Shown: piece by piece, positions 37,686 through 47,109 of the stretch
Position numbering within the stretch: the first letter of the stretch is position 1
Layout of the letters: each line of letters starts with the position of its first letter
Assembly (NCBI GenBank): GCA_015233115.1
Contig: JADFYJ010000003.1
Coordinates: 104,536 to 168,535 of the forward strand
DNA length: 64,000 nt
From: Candidatus Omnitrophota bacterium
GTDB taxonomy: Bacteria > Omnitrophota > Gorgyraeia > Zapsychrales > Zapsychraceae
Reading direction: 5' to 3'
Translations under genes and position numbers: made by a program
The notes under the pieces: model-generated
The model's input: the letters and a program-made list of their open reading frames with translations, nothing else
Databases searched by the model: none
What the model was told of the DNA's origin: nothing

Positions 37686-37707
37686 TACAGTTAAAAAGGA
37701 TAAAAGA

Positions 37708-37920
37708 ATGCCAAAGAAAAGTGATAGTGGTTCTGGTTTTAAATTGTTTATAATGGGGGTGGTTTTGTTTGTTGGGGGGTATTATTTGGGCGTTTACCGG
37801 CAACCGGTATTTACTAAATTTAAAGAAGTTGTACCGCCGTTAGTGAAAAAAGCGGAGATCAAAGTGCGGGGAATGTTTGGAATAGAAAAAGATAAAGAGG
37901 CGAAAGGCAATAGGCAATAG
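37708..37920 (+). CDS. Small hypothetical membrane protein
   Basis: MPKKSDSGSGFKLFIMGVVLFVGGYYLGV single TM; AAAAAGGATAAAAGA RBS-like upstream; ORF-track 37666 start runs through a repeat array. Confidence 0.35.
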   Translation: MPKKSDSGSGFKLFIMGVVLFVGGYYLGVYRQPVFTKFKEVVPPLVKKAEIKVRGMFGIEKDKEAKGNRQ

Positions 37921-37945
37921 CCGTCATTGATGAAAGGATTTTTTA

Positions 37946-38707
37946 ATGAGAAAATTTTTAATTTTGATCACTTTGGTTTTCACGGGTTTTGTGCTGAGTG
38001 CTGCGGCTAATGAGCTTTCGGATATTGAGATGGCCGTGTTGGCAAAAGATTGGAAGCGGGTGGTGCAACTAACGGATAATGTCAGATCTTGCCCTACGGA
38101 CGCTTCCCGCCAGGCACGGTTATTGTATTGGCAGGCTTTAAGCGCGATGGAAAACCGTAGTTTTACTAAAGCCCGTTCAATTATTGATGAAAACATTAAA
38201 AATCAAAAAGTCGATCAACGCTGGCGCGAACGGTTTTATCTTCTACGCATTGACGCGTATTATTTAGATGAGAAATACGATCAGGCTCTTGTGTCTGCGC
38301 AGGATTTTTTAAAGGTGAACCCTAAATCGGATTTTTTGTCTTTGGGATATTTAAAATTGGCGCGCGCCCATTTAAAATTAGCGCATTGGGTTGAAGCTCG
38401 GCAATATTTGAATAAAACAATTTCGGAGTTTCCTGGCAGTATGGACAGTCAAACGGCTCGACAATTATTGGAAGAAAAAGATTATTTTTCTGTGCAGATA
38501 GGTTCATTCGGAGAAAGAGACAAGGCTTCGCAATTGGTTTCTGCCATGAAAGAAGAAGGCGAGTATGCTTATATAATTGAGAAAGCGGATAAAATTGGGA
38601 AAAAATTGTACCGAGTGCGAGTGGGTCGGCTGGGGTCTATCATTGAGGCGCAGGCTTTGAAGGATAAATTATCAAAAAAGGGTTATCCAACTAATATTTT
38701 TCCGTAA
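37946..38707 (+). CDS. SPOR-domain (peptidoglycan-binding) lipoprotein/secreted protein with TPR-like region
   Basis: Signal peptide; C-terminal SPOR-like FSVQIGSFGERDKASQLV...YRVRVGRLG. Confidence 0.6.
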   Translation: MRKFLILITLVFTGFVLSAAANELSDIEMAVLAKDWKRVVQLTDNVRSCPTDASRQARLLYWQALSAMENRSFTKARSIIDENIKNQKVDQRWRERFYLLRIDAYYLDEKYDQALVSAQDFLKVNPKSDFLSLGYLKLARAHLKLAHWVEARQYLNKTISEFPGSMDSQTARQLLEEKDYFSVQIGSFGERDKASQLVSAMKEEGEYAYIIEKADKIGKKLYRVRVGRLGSIIEAQALKDKLSKKGYPTNIFP

Positions 38708-38710
38708 AAA

Positions 38711-38740
38711 TAGGTGATAGGTGATAGCTGATAGGGAAAA
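38711..38740 (+). repeat. Compact left-type array (GGTGATAG family) in 13-bp SPOR gene to miaA junction
   Basis: TAGGTGATAGGTGATAGCTGATAGG + GAAAAGCGAATTG overlapping the inferred miaA start. Confidence 0.55.
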
Positions 38741-39659
38741 GCGAATTGTTTTTATAGTCGGTCCGACAGGCGTGGGGAAATCGGCTGTGGCTATTGATTT
38801 GGCACAACAGATCAATGGCTCAATTATTTCCTGCGATGCCATGCAAGTTTATGATCATATCCGGATTGCGAGTAACCGTCCCAGTCCGATTGAGGAACAA
38901 AGCATTAAGCACCATTTAACTGGGTGTGTCCCCATTGAAGCGGATTTTGATGTGTCGCGCTTCTACAAGTTAGCTCTAGGCGCGATCGAAGAAATTAGGG
39001 AAGCAAAAAAAATCCCTGTTGTGTGCGGAGGCAGCGGCATGTACGCGCAGATTTTATTGGATGGCATTTTTGAAGAATCTGGCAAAGATGACGTCTTGCG
39101 TCAGGAACTTTTTGGCCTGGCGCAGGAAAAAGGACTGGATGCGTTATATCAAATGCTGGTTGAAAAAGATCCAGATGCGGCTAAAAAAATTCATCCGCAT
39201 GATCTGAAGCGCATTGTCCGAGGCCTGGAAGTGGGTATTAAAGAAAAAAAACCGATTTCTCAGCTTCAGAAACAGCGTTCAGGATTGTGGGATCAATATG
39301 CGATAAAAATTTTTGGTTTAAGAATGGAGAGGGAAGCTTTGTATGACCGGATTAATAGGCGGGTTGATCAAATGCTGAAGGACGGTTTGGTAGAAGAAAT
39401 TTCCGCGCTAAAAAATATTTCGTTAAGTTCGACGGCTGAAAAAATTATTGGAGTTCAAGAAATTCGGAAATATTTATCCGGGCAATGTTCTTTAGAACAG
39501 GCAGCTGAGGAAATGAAGCAAAATACCCGGCGTTACGCTAAACGACAAATGACGTGGTTTAGAAAAGAAAAACGCATCGAATGGATTGACTTAGAAAATA
39601 ATTATAATGTGGAAAAAGTTGGCGAAAAAATATACGCAGCATGGGAACTAGTCCTTTGA
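38721..39659 (+). CDS. miaA: tRNA dimethylallyltransferase
   Basis: P-loop IVFIVGPTGVGKSAVAIDLA..., MiaA fold; GTG start at 38721 is inferred and uncertain. Confidence 0.75.
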   Translation: MIADREKRIVFIVGPTGVGKSAVAIDLAQQINGSIISCDAMQVYDHIRIASNRPSPIEEQSIKHHLTGCVPIEADFDVSRFYKLALGAIEEIREAKKIPVVCGGSGMYAQILLDGIFEESGKDDVLRQELFGLAQEKGLDALYQMLVEKDPDAAKKIHPHDLKRIVRGLEVGIKEKKPISQLQKQRSGLWDQYAIKIFGLRMEREALYDRINRRVDQMLKDGLVEEISALKNISLSSTAEKIIGVQEIRKYLSGQCSLEQAAEEMKQNTRRYAKRQMTWFRKEKRIEWIDLENNYNVEKVGEKIYAAWELVL

Positions 39660-39675
39660 TGTTTTAATTTAGTTA

Positions 39676-39930
39676 AGTAACCGAGTAACAGAGTAACCGA
39701 GTGACAGAGCAAAACGATTTATGAGAATAAAAATGGTGATTTACTTATAAAAAATGATTGAGTGAAAAAGCGAAAAAGATAAATTAAACGAGAATGAAAA
39801 GATGTAATAAATTTAAAGGTGTTTAAGTTTTGGGATAATATTTTTGTTTATTAGTATTTGGATAATAGTTTACCGACATTTATTTTTACGTTTTTCTTTT
39901 TCGCTCTGTTACTCGGTTACTCGGTTACTT
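39676..39930 (+). repeat. Intergenic inverted-repeat cassette (GTRACMRA family), miaA-hflX
   Basis: L 39676-39709 AGTAACCGAGTAACAGAGTAACCGAGTGACAGAG + CAAAACGATTTATG; R 39904-39930 CTCTGTTACTCGGTTACTCGGTTACTT; inner flanks GAAAAAGCGAAAAAG / CTTTTTCGCTC also mirror. Confidence 0.8.
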
Positions 39931-39945
39931 AAAAGGGGAGCACCT

Positions 39946-41259
39946 ATGGATGATTTGTTGAATTTGAAAGGTTCGAAACAGCGGGTTATTGTTGTTGCCA
40001 TAGATTTTAAGCGGGAGAAAAGGATATGGCAGCCGCAGGAAATTTTGGAAGAAATGAAAGCTTTGGTTGAGGCTTGTGAGTGTGAGGTGGTGGGTGAATT
40101 TATTTGTAAGGTGGACAAGCCTTCTTCTAATAATTTAATTGGTAAAGGTAAAGCGGAAGAAATAAAATTTTTGTGTGATTCGACTGATGGCGTGGATATC
40201 ATTATTTTTAGTGAAGATATAAAAGGAAGTCAACAGCGGAATCTGGAAGAGTTTATCGGTAAATCTGTCATTGACCGCACGCGGCTGATCCTGGATATTT
40301 TCGCGCGCCGAGCGACGACGCGGGAAGGAAAAACTCAAGTGGAGCTGGCTCAGCTTCAATATTTGATGCCGCGTTTAGTCGGCCATGGTGTGGAAATGTC
40401 CCGCTTAGGCGGAGGAATCGGCACCTTGGGGCCAGGCGAAACGAAATTGGAAATTGACCGCCGCAGGATCAGTCAGCGCATTGATAAATTGAAGCGCGAA
40501 TTGAAGGAATTGGTCGCGAACCGCAGTATCACTCGTATTCGCCGGAAAGATAATAAAGTTCCGCTGATCGCTTTAGTCGGTTATACCAACGCGGGTAAGT
40601 CAACATTGATGAATCGTTTGACGGGCGCAGGACAAAGCACTCAAGACGGGTTATTTACGACGCTCGCGTCAGTATCCCGCCAATGGTTGTTACCCAACAA
40701 TCAAAAAACTATTCTTTCAGACACCATCGGTTTTATGCACGACTTGCCTCACCATTTGATTGAATCATTTAAGGCGACTTTAGAAGAAGTGCAACAGGCT
40801 GATCTTTTACTGCATATGGTTGATTTAAGTAATCCCAATTTTAAACATATGTACGAGGCAGTAATTGAGGTGCTGGTTCAATTAAATGCTAATGATAAAT
40901 CCACTATTGTGGTCTTTAATAAAATTGATCAATTACCTGAGCGGTTTAATTTGAAGGACTTAGGAACGAGTTTTGAAAAAGCAATAATGATCTCAGCCAA
41001 GACCGGGGAAAATGTGGACAGTTTAATCAACATGGTCTCACAAATTTTAGCCAAAACCCGCATCGAAGTAAGCGCTTTAATCCCTTTAAATCGTGCTGAT
41101 CTGATAGGCTGGCTTCATGAGAATTCCGACGTGATCACTAAAGAATATAGGGAAGATGGCTGCCATGTCGTATGCCGGATTCCTGAACCAAAAATCGGCC
41201 ATGTAAAGGAATATATTATTGATAATCCATTATTAGACAAGGATTTGGAATCGTATTAA
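39946..41259 (+). CDS. hflX: GTPase HflX
   Basis: G1 LVGYTNAGKSTLMN, G3 DTIGFM, HflX N-domain; start 39946 with AAGGGGAG RBS, upstream ORF-track extension runs through repeat. Confidence 0.8.
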   Translation: MDDLLNLKGSKQRVIVVAIDFKREKRIWQPQEILEEMKALVEACECEVVGEFICKVDKPSSNNLIGKGKAEEIKFLCDSTDGVDIIIFSEDIKGSQQRNLEEFIGKSVIDRTRLILDIFARRATTREGKTQVELAQLQYLMPRLVGHGVEMSRLGGGIGTLGPGETKLEIDRRRISQRIDKLKRELKELVANRSITRIRRKDNKVPLIALVGYTNAGKSTLMNRLTGAGQSTQDGLFTTLASVSRQWLLPNNQKTILSDTIGFMHDLPHHLIESFKATLEEVQQADLLLHMVDLSNPNFKHMYEAVIEVLVQLNANDKSTIVVFNKIDQLPERFNLKDLGTSFEKAIMISAKTGENVDSLINMVSQILAKTRIEVSALIPLNRADLIGWLHENSDVITKEYREDGCHVVCRIPEPKIGHVKEYIIDNPLLDKDLESY

Positions 41260-41365
41260 GTGTGTTGTAAGCGGTTTCTCAAAAATGGAAAAATCTATTG
41301 TCTTTTACCCTGTTTATGGGGGATACTTTAATTAGGATAAGGTTGTCTTTTAATAAGGAGGAGCT

Positions 41366-43498
41366 ATGAAAAAAGGTATGATGAGGGCGATGTTCATTCT
41401 AGGGTTAGGAGTTGCTTTTTTATATTCGGCCTCTTTCGCGTATGCTGATGGAGGGTCATTCACACTATTTTCAACCGTACCATCGGCCATGGCGTCATAC
41501 GATCAAATTAAAATAGTGCCAGCTGTTCATCCGATAGGAACAGACTGTACTAGTGATGGTGTAGGGACTATTTATACAGATTCTAATGGAAATTTATTAA
41601 AATGCGGATCAGCAAAAAAAATTGAGGATATTGATAATGTCTGGACATTTGATTCCGCAAGTCAATTAGTGAATTTGAAATCAGGAGTTCTCAATTATAA
41701 GCTGGGGATTGGGACATCTTCTCCTGGAGCCATACTCGATATTTATAAAAACTCTGCCGGATATTCTGCGCCGATGTTGTTAGTCAATAATCCTGCAGTG
41801 GGAGCAGTTCCGCGTTTACGCTTACAGAGTGCGGATGGCACCGGAGTTAATAAATATGCGGATATTTTTTGGTCAGCAGGTGATTATTCTTTAAATTTGT
41901 CCAACCATGATACTTTTGGTAATTCTGGCATCAATTTTTTAACCTCTGCTGGGCAAAAGATGGTTATTCATAATGACGGCAATGTTGGAATTGGAACGAC
42001 CGCGCCAACTCAAACTTTAAATGTGTTAAATGCTAGTTTTATTCAAGGAGAATTTTCAAGTTCAACAAGTTCTGGTGGGATAAAATTAACTCCATACGCA
42101 GGAGGGCACAGCTGGGAATTTCAAGCTATTGCCAGTGATAGTTCGCCTGCGAATTCACTCATTGTTTATGACCGAGGTGCAGCGGCGTATAGAATGATGA
42201 TTAATAGTTCGGGGAATGTTGGTATCGGGACAACTGCTCCAAGGGGGGGGTTTGATTTGGCAGGAACAGGGGATGTTTATCTGGCTAATAATACAGTAGC
42301 TGGACCTGCAGCCGTACAAAGTATTTATCTTCCTGGTCATATTTATATAGCTCCCTTAAATAATTCGTCAAATGTTTCTTATTTGCAGGCCAGACGGTCA
42401 GATAATAGTGGAAGTACAGAATTACAGGTACGGACATATAATGCGGGTACTTTAGTTGATGCTATGAGAATTAGTAGTTTAGGTAATGTCGGCATTGGAA
42501 CGACTATGCCTCAGAATCAATTACATATCCATAATCCTAATTCGGCAGGCTTGCGTCTGAGCGGTCTTAATAATAATAGCGGTTCTAATTATAACGGAAT
42601 AATATTCGCTAATAGTGAGACAAGCATTAATAATGCTTGGCTTTTAAATCAAATTTCTTGTGTAGGCGGTAATGCGGTGGATAAACAACATATAGATGGC
42701 GGGTTTGTTTTTCAAAAGTGGGCGAATGCCTCGGGCAACCCTGTTGCCAACACATTATTGTTGGATAATTTAGGTAATATAGGAATGAGGATGGGAGAAG
42801 GTGGGCCTAATTATCCTGATACAAATTTTCATATTAACATGATAAGAGATTATACAGGTATTACTTTATCTAACGCTAATAACCCATATGGTGTGGCTGG
42901 GGCTTCAAATTTTCAATCTGGTATACGTTTTAAAGCGTACGAACCGGCTACCTTTGGGTACTGGATGGGAAGAACTGGTTATGATTTTCAGTTTGGATAT
43001 GAATCAACCAATCAACTGACGACTCCCAATATTGCCGCAGCACCGATTATGTCGTTTAAGCATAACAATGGTAGCGGAGTTTGGGATGTGGTGGGGATAG
43101 GAACGCTTGCGCCTTTTGGTCCTTATAAATTGTACGTGCAGGGGAACATAAACGCGCAAGGGGCTTTTTATTCGTGGGGAGGTTGGGTTGCATCGGATAT
43201 GCGTTTGAAAAAGGATGTTCAAACTGTTCCTAATGCGTTACAACGGGTGACACAATTGCGCGGGGTGAATTATAAATGGATTGATGAAGCCCGGGGTAAA
43301 GAAACACAAATGGGCGTGATCGCTCAGGAAGTGGAAAAAGTTTTTCCTGAAGTGGTGCAGACCGATGCCCAAGGGTTTAAATCTGTAGCTTATCAGAATA
43401 TGGTTGGTGCATTGATTGAAGCCGTCAAAGAATTAAATGTTAAAGTGGATAAATTGAGCAAAGAAAACGAGGAGCTCAAAAAGAAAATGGTTAAGTAG
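41366..43498 (+). CDS. Secreted tail-fibre-domain protein with C-terminal S74-type intramolecular chaperone domain
   Basis: Signal peptide MKKGMMRAMFILGLGVAFLYSASFAYA; repeated GNVGIGTTAP motifs; C-terminal SDMRLKKDVQTV...LRGVNYKWID...GVIAQEVEKVFPEVV like endosialidase/tailspike chaperone domains; strong RBS AAGGAGGAG. Confidence 0.65.
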   Translation: MKKGMMRAMFILGLGVAFLYSASFAYADGGSFTLFSTVPSAMASYDQIKIVPAVHPIGTDCTSDGVGTIYTDSNGNLLKCGSAKKIEDIDNVWTFDSASQLVNLKSGVLNYKLGIGTSSPGAILDIYKNSAGYSAPMLLVNNPAVGAVPRLRLQSADGTGVNKYADIFWSAGDYSLNLSNHDTFGNSGINFLTSAGQKMVIHNDGNVGIGTTAPTQTLNVLNASFIQGEFSSSTSSGGIKLTPYAGGHSWEFQAIASDSSPANSLIVYDRGAAAYRMMINSSGNVGIGTTAPRGGFDLAGTGDVYLANNTVAGPAAVQSIYLPGHIYIAPLNNSSNVSYLQARRSDNSGSTELQVRTYNAGTLVDAMRISSLGNVGIGTTMPQNQLHIHNPNSAGLRLSGLNNNSGSNYNGIIFANSETSINNAWLLNQISCVGGNAVDKQHIDGGFVFQKWANASGNPVANTLLLDNLGNIGMRMGEGGPNYPDTNFHINMIRDYTGITLSNANNPYGVAGASNFQSGIRFKAYEPATFGYWMGRTGYDFQFGYESTNQLTTPNIAAAPIMSFKHNNGSGVWDVVGIGTLAPFGPYKLYVQGNINAQGAFYSWGGWVASDMRLKKDVQTVPNALQRVTQLRGVNYKWIDEARGKETQMGVIAQEVEKVFPEVVQTDAQGFKSVAYQNMVGALIEAVKELNVKVDKLSKENEELKKKMVK

Positions 43499-43511
43499 TT
43501 TTTAATATGGG

Positions 43512-43560
43512 CCGCCTTCTTGTGTTCGGAGTATACCAGAGCAGGAAGGCGGTTCTGTTT
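43512..43560 (+). terminator. Candidate intrinsic terminator after tail-fibre-like gene
   Basis: CCGCCTTCTTG ... CAGGAAGGCGG 11-bp stem (one G.U) followed by TTCTGTTTTA. Confidence 0.4.
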
Positions 43561-43567
43561 TATGGAA

Positions 43568-43612
43568 TATAATGTGACAATTTAACAATGTGACAGTGTG
43601 ACAATGTGACAA
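43568..43612 (+). repeat. Unpaired left-type array (GTGACAATG family) after tail-fibre-like gene
   Basis: AATGTGACAATTTAACAATGTGACAGTGTGACAATGTGACAACG + AAAAAACTAAGG. Confidence 0.65.
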
Positions 43613-43696
43613 CGAAAAAACTAAGGCTTGAAAAACAACCGAAACCAAACTAAAAATTGATAACTAAAATTTTAAATTCATGGTAAAATTTTTTTA

Positions 43697-44608
43697 ATGA
43701 AACGAACAGTTTTAATTTCAGTTTTATTCTTATCCTTATCCTTGAGCTCCTCAGTCTTTGCTATTGAAGACGGGATTTATAAAAAATTATATCCTACCGG
43801 CGAAGTGCAAGCCAGATATCATTACAGCCAGGGAGTATTGCACGGACATTTTAATACATATTATAAAAGCGGGCGGTTAGAGAGCGAGGGGACTTTCCAA
43901 AGCGGGGTTATGCAGGCAAGAGCTCGGATCTATTATCCCAGCGGGTACTTGAAATTTGACGGATATTATAAAGATGGTTTACTTGACGGGAAAGCATTGT
44001 TATATTATCCGGCCAAGACCGTTAAAATGGAAATGGTTTACGTTAAGGGCCGGTTGAATGGCAAAGCCCTTGAATATCGGGAAGATGGTTCTTTGGAGTA
44101 TGAGCGGCATTATGTTGATGGGCAGGAACAAGGGGTTGTAAAGTATTTTTCTTCAGAAGGGCATTTGATTCGCCAAGCTCAATTTGTTAATGGAGTTCAA
44201 AAAGGCATTGTGCGTGAATATAATTTGGATGGCCGATTGAAACGGGCTTATGAAGCCATGGATGGAGTGCCGCGCGGAGCAGTAAAAGAATATAGTTTTG
44301 ATGGGGTGACGAAAAGCGCGAATATGAATCAGGGCAAATTGATTGATGGCCCAGTCAAAGAATATTATGAAAACGGCGCGGTGTCGCGGGCGGCACAGAT
44401 TAAAGATGGAGAGCGCAACGGGTCATATGAAGAATTTTATCGTTCTGGGCATTTGATGGTAAAGGGATTTTTAAAACAAGATAAACGGGACGGGATTTTC
44501 ACGTCTTATTATGAAGATGGAAAAGTAAAAAATAAAACGCAATTTGAAATGGGGAAGAAAATTATCAGTAAGAATTATGATGAATCAGGAAAGTTGATAT
44601 TTAAATAA
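43697..44608 (+). CDS. Secreted MORN-variant repeat protein (YwqK-like)
   Basis: Signal peptide; tandem YYxSGxLxxEGxYxxG repeats throughout. Confidence 0.55.
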   Translation: MKRTVLISVLFLSLSLSSSVFAIEDGIYKKLYPTGEVQARYHYSQGVLHGHFNTYYKSGRLESEGTFQSGVMQARARIYYPSGYLKFDGYYKDGLLDGKALLYYPAKTVKMEMVYVKGRLNGKALEYREDGSLEYERHYVDGQEQGVVKYFSSEGHLIRQAQFVNGVQKGIVREYNLDGRLKRAYEAMDGVPRGAVKEYSFDGVTKSANMNQGKLIDGPVKEYYENGAVSRAAQIKDGERNGSYEEFYRSGHLMVKGFLKQDKRDGIFTSYYEDGKVKNKTQFEMGKKIISKNYDESGKLIFK

Positions 44609-45300
44609 TGTTGATTGTTATTTTAGTCATAATAGCGGTGATATCCATTGTCGGATTGCTCGTGGTCAGCGTACCAAGCCTGGGTGACAAAAAAAACCGT
44701 ATGGTTTTTTTGAATGAAATGGCTGAGCTTTTGGATGGCCAGCTGAAGCCGTGGGAAGAGAGGGAAGGAGCGTTTCGGATTTTTTTTAAGTTTCAGGATC
44801 GGGATTTTATTTTGGAAGATATTTTAGAGCATGGGTTGAAAATAGATGTGAATCGTGCTTATGTTCGTTTGGCTGTCGAGGGTAGCTTTTTGATGACTTT
44901 CGCGGAAATGGAAAAAGCCAGAATTATCCGTCAGGAAAAACCGGAATCTGTTCCAGCTCTTCATGCCATGTTAAGAAAAATCGAAGTGGTAGCGACTTTG
45001 CCTGGGGAGCTGGCAGGTTTGGAAATTCACACAAATGATCATTTTATCGTTAATCAATTATTAAAAGAAAAAAAATTTCTTAAAATTCTATCCCAATTAA
45101 AAAATAAAGATACCCGCGGTATCGTTTCTATGCCGGTCAGGTTTTACGAAGGATTTTTATCTTTGGATATTTATGCCAAAGGCCCCCGCCAGCCGAATTT
45201 ATTAACTTTTTATACCCGCCCTCATGAGATCAACAAGTATTTTGCCATCATGATTGAGTTGGCCAATATTGCTCAAGTAATTTCCAAAAAGTATGAATAG
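44608..45300 (+). CDS. Hypothetical protein with N-terminal TM anchor
   Basis: 230 aa, start overlaps previous stop (TAATG); no recognisable motifs. Confidence 0.45.
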   Translation: MLIVILVIIAVISIVGLLVVSVPSLGDKKNRMVFLNEMAELLDGQLKPWEEREGAFRIFFKFQDRDFILEDILEHGLKIDVNRAYVRLAVEGSFLMTFAEMEKARIIRQEKPESVPALHAMLRKIEVVATLPGELAGLEIHTNDHFIVNQLLKEKKFLKILSQLKNKDTRGIVSMPVRFYEGFLSLDIYAKGPRQPNLLTFYTRPHEINKYFAIMIELANIAQVISKKYE

Positions 45301-45308
45301 AAATTTTA

Positions 45309-45336
45309 TTGACAAGACGGATTTTCTTATTATAAT
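45309..45336 (+). promoter_or_regulatory. Consensus sigma-A promoter of hrcA operon
   Basis: TTGACA (45309-45314), 16-nt spacer, TATAAT (45331-45336). Confidence 0.6.
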
Positions 45337-45342
45337 TCTTTT

Positions 45343-45369
45343 TTAGCAAACTAGTGTAAGGAGTGCTAA
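45343..45369 (+). promoter_or_regulatory. CIRCE operator (HrcA binding site)
   Basis: TTAGCAAAC-N9-GAGTGCTAA vs consensus TTAGCACTC-N9-GAGTGCTAA (7/9 + 9/9), placed just downstream of the -10. Confidence 0.7.
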
Positions 45370-45420
45370 TATGCCCTAATTCCGGATTAGAAGTATGAAT
45401 TAGGGCAGTAGGTCGGGCGT

Positions 45421-45577
45421 GGTATGTAGTATGTAGAAAAAACGAATGATTTAAAAAAATAACAATCAAAAATTCTCAATACTAATATAAGATTTTCATT
45501 TACGTTTTTTGATTTTGCATTTATTTAATTTTTACGATTTTTTTGCCACATGTTATATGCTACATACTACATGTTAT
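45421..45577 (+). repeat. Intergenic inverted-repeat cassette (GTATGTN family) between CIRCE and hrcA
   Basis: L 45421-45436 GGTATGTAGTATGTAG + AAAAAACGAATGA; R 45545-45577 GCCACATGTTATATGCTACATACTACATGTTAT. Confidence 0.7.
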
Positions 45578-45590
45578 AAAGGATTATATT

Positions 45591-46328
45591 GTGGTTACGA
45601 AAAAAGAAGAAATACAAGTAAGAAAAGACCGGGTGCTGGGCGTTACTGTGGAAGAATATATCCATAGTGTGACACCGGTGAGTTCATCTTATATTACGGA
45701 ACATCACTTCTTTGATTTGAGCTCTGCTACGATCCGTAATATTTTGGCGGAATTGGAAGAGGATGGCTTTTTAACCCATCCCCACACTTCAGCCGGCCGT
45801 GTTCCAACGCAAAAAGGTTATCGCTATTACGTGGATTATTTAATGGATCAAATCCAGATTTTGGAGAATGAAAAAGCGGAAATTAAAGCTCAATATGAAG
45901 CGCAAACCCAAGAACTGGAAGATCTTTTAGACCAGACCTCAAAAATTTTATCGGATTCAACGCATTATACCAGTATTGTTTCTGTGGATGGCTGGGATCG
46001 AAAGTTGTACTGCTGCGGAACGAATTTTGTGGTACAGTATCCGGAATATCAAGACCTGAAAAAGATCCAGGATATCCTTTATGCTTTAGATGAAAAAGAA
46101 AAATTATTGAAGGTTATTAACCGTGAATTGTTGAAACGGATTAATGTTTTTATCGGTTCGGAAATTAAATTAAAAGAAGTTGAGTCGTGTTCTATGGTGG
46201 TTACGCAATATAAAACCCATCATGGAACCAGCGGCCGTATTGCCGTGCTGGGGCCGACGCGCATGGATTATGAGCGGGTGGTGTCGACGCTAAATTATGT
46301 GACTAATTTGCTTGAAGAATGTTATTAA
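45591..46328 (+). CDS. hrcA: Heat-inducible transcription repressor HrcA (short form)
   Basis: Winged-helix LSSATIRNILAELEEDGFLTHPHTSAGRVPTQKGYRYYVDYL; GTG start 45591 with AAAGGA RBS inferred. Confidence 0.65.
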   Translation: MVTKKEEIQVRKDRVLGVTVEEYIHSVTPVSSSYITEHHFFDLSSATIRNILAELEEDGFLTHPHTSAGRVPTQKGYRYYVDYLMDQIQILENEKAEIKAQYEAQTQELEDLLDQTSKILSDSTHYTSIVSVDGWDRKLYCCGTNFVVQYPEYQDLKKIQDILYALDEKEKLLKVINRELLKRINVFIGSEIKLKEVESCSMVVTQYKTHHGTSGRIAVLGPTRMDYERVVSTLNYVTNLLEECY

Positions 46329-46376
46329 ACCCTGAACCACGTTGGGTTCAGGGCCATAAACCCCACGTGGTTTATG
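46329..46376 (+). repeat. Twin hairpins between hrcA and grpE
   Basis: CCCTGAACC-ACGT-TGGGTTCAGGG then CCATAAACC-CCACGTG-GTTTATGG. Confidence 0.5.
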
Positions 46377-46400
46377 GGAAAAAAAGATCGATGCAAAAGT

Positions 46401-46934
46401 ATGCAAGAAAAAGAGAATAGTCCGGAAGAGAAGCCGGAAGCTGTAGAGGCTATGGTGACGATTAAGCAGGCAGAGCTGGAGGCTTTAAAGGCTCAGTTGG
46501 CTGAGTGTCAAAACGGGACTTTGCGTTTATACGCTGATTTTGAGAATACTCGTAAACGCATGGAGCGGGATAAGCAGGAATTTGTTAAATACGCGAATGA
46601 AAAAGTGATTGTGGAATTTTTGAATATTCTTGACGATTTGGAACGCTCTGTTTTGGTGGCGAGGTCGAAACACCAGGATTATGAAAATTTTTTAAAGGGC
46701 GTGGAAATGATCATGTCCCGGATTTTAGATATGTTAAAAAAACACGGGGTCAAATCTATGGAAGTCGTCCCAGGTTTATCTTTTGATCCGCATTGTCACG
46801 AGGTTTTGATGCAGGAAGCGACCAATGAGATGCCGGATGGATCCGTGATGGAAGAATTGCAAAAAGGATATTATTTAGGCGATAGAGTAGTAAGAACAGC
46901 GAAAGTTAAAGTTGCAAAAGAAAAAACGGAATAA
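46401..46934 (+). CDS. grpE: Nucleotide exchange factor GrpE
   Basis: GrpE coiled-coil and C-terminal domain; start 46401 preferred over 46374, which overlaps a hairpin. Confidence 0.8.
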   Translation: MQEKENSPEEKPEAVEAMVTIKQAELEALKAQLAECQNGTLRLYADFENTRKRMERDKQEFVKYANEKVIVEFLNILDDLERSVLVARSKHQDYENFLKGVEMIMSRILDMLKKHGVKSMEVVPGLSFDPHCHEVLMQEATNEMPDGSVMEELQKGYYLGDRVVRTAKVKVAKEKTE

Positions 46935-46936
46935 TA

Positions 46937-47062
46937 AAGCGCGCGGTAGGGCGGTTAGCATTTAAACCAAATCATTCGCTCAAACAGCAGCTCCTAAGCG
47001 GAGCTGAACTCGCTCGGTGATTTGGTTTCAACGCAAACCTTCTGTAGGGGGCACGCGGGTTG
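46937..47062 (+). repeat. Structured palindromic element, copy E
   Basis: Same family; between grpE and dnaK. Confidence 0.8.
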
Positions 47063-47109
47063 AAGATGTGTATGAAAATTTAGGGTTTTTGTTTTTTGTT
47101 TAGTTTTTT

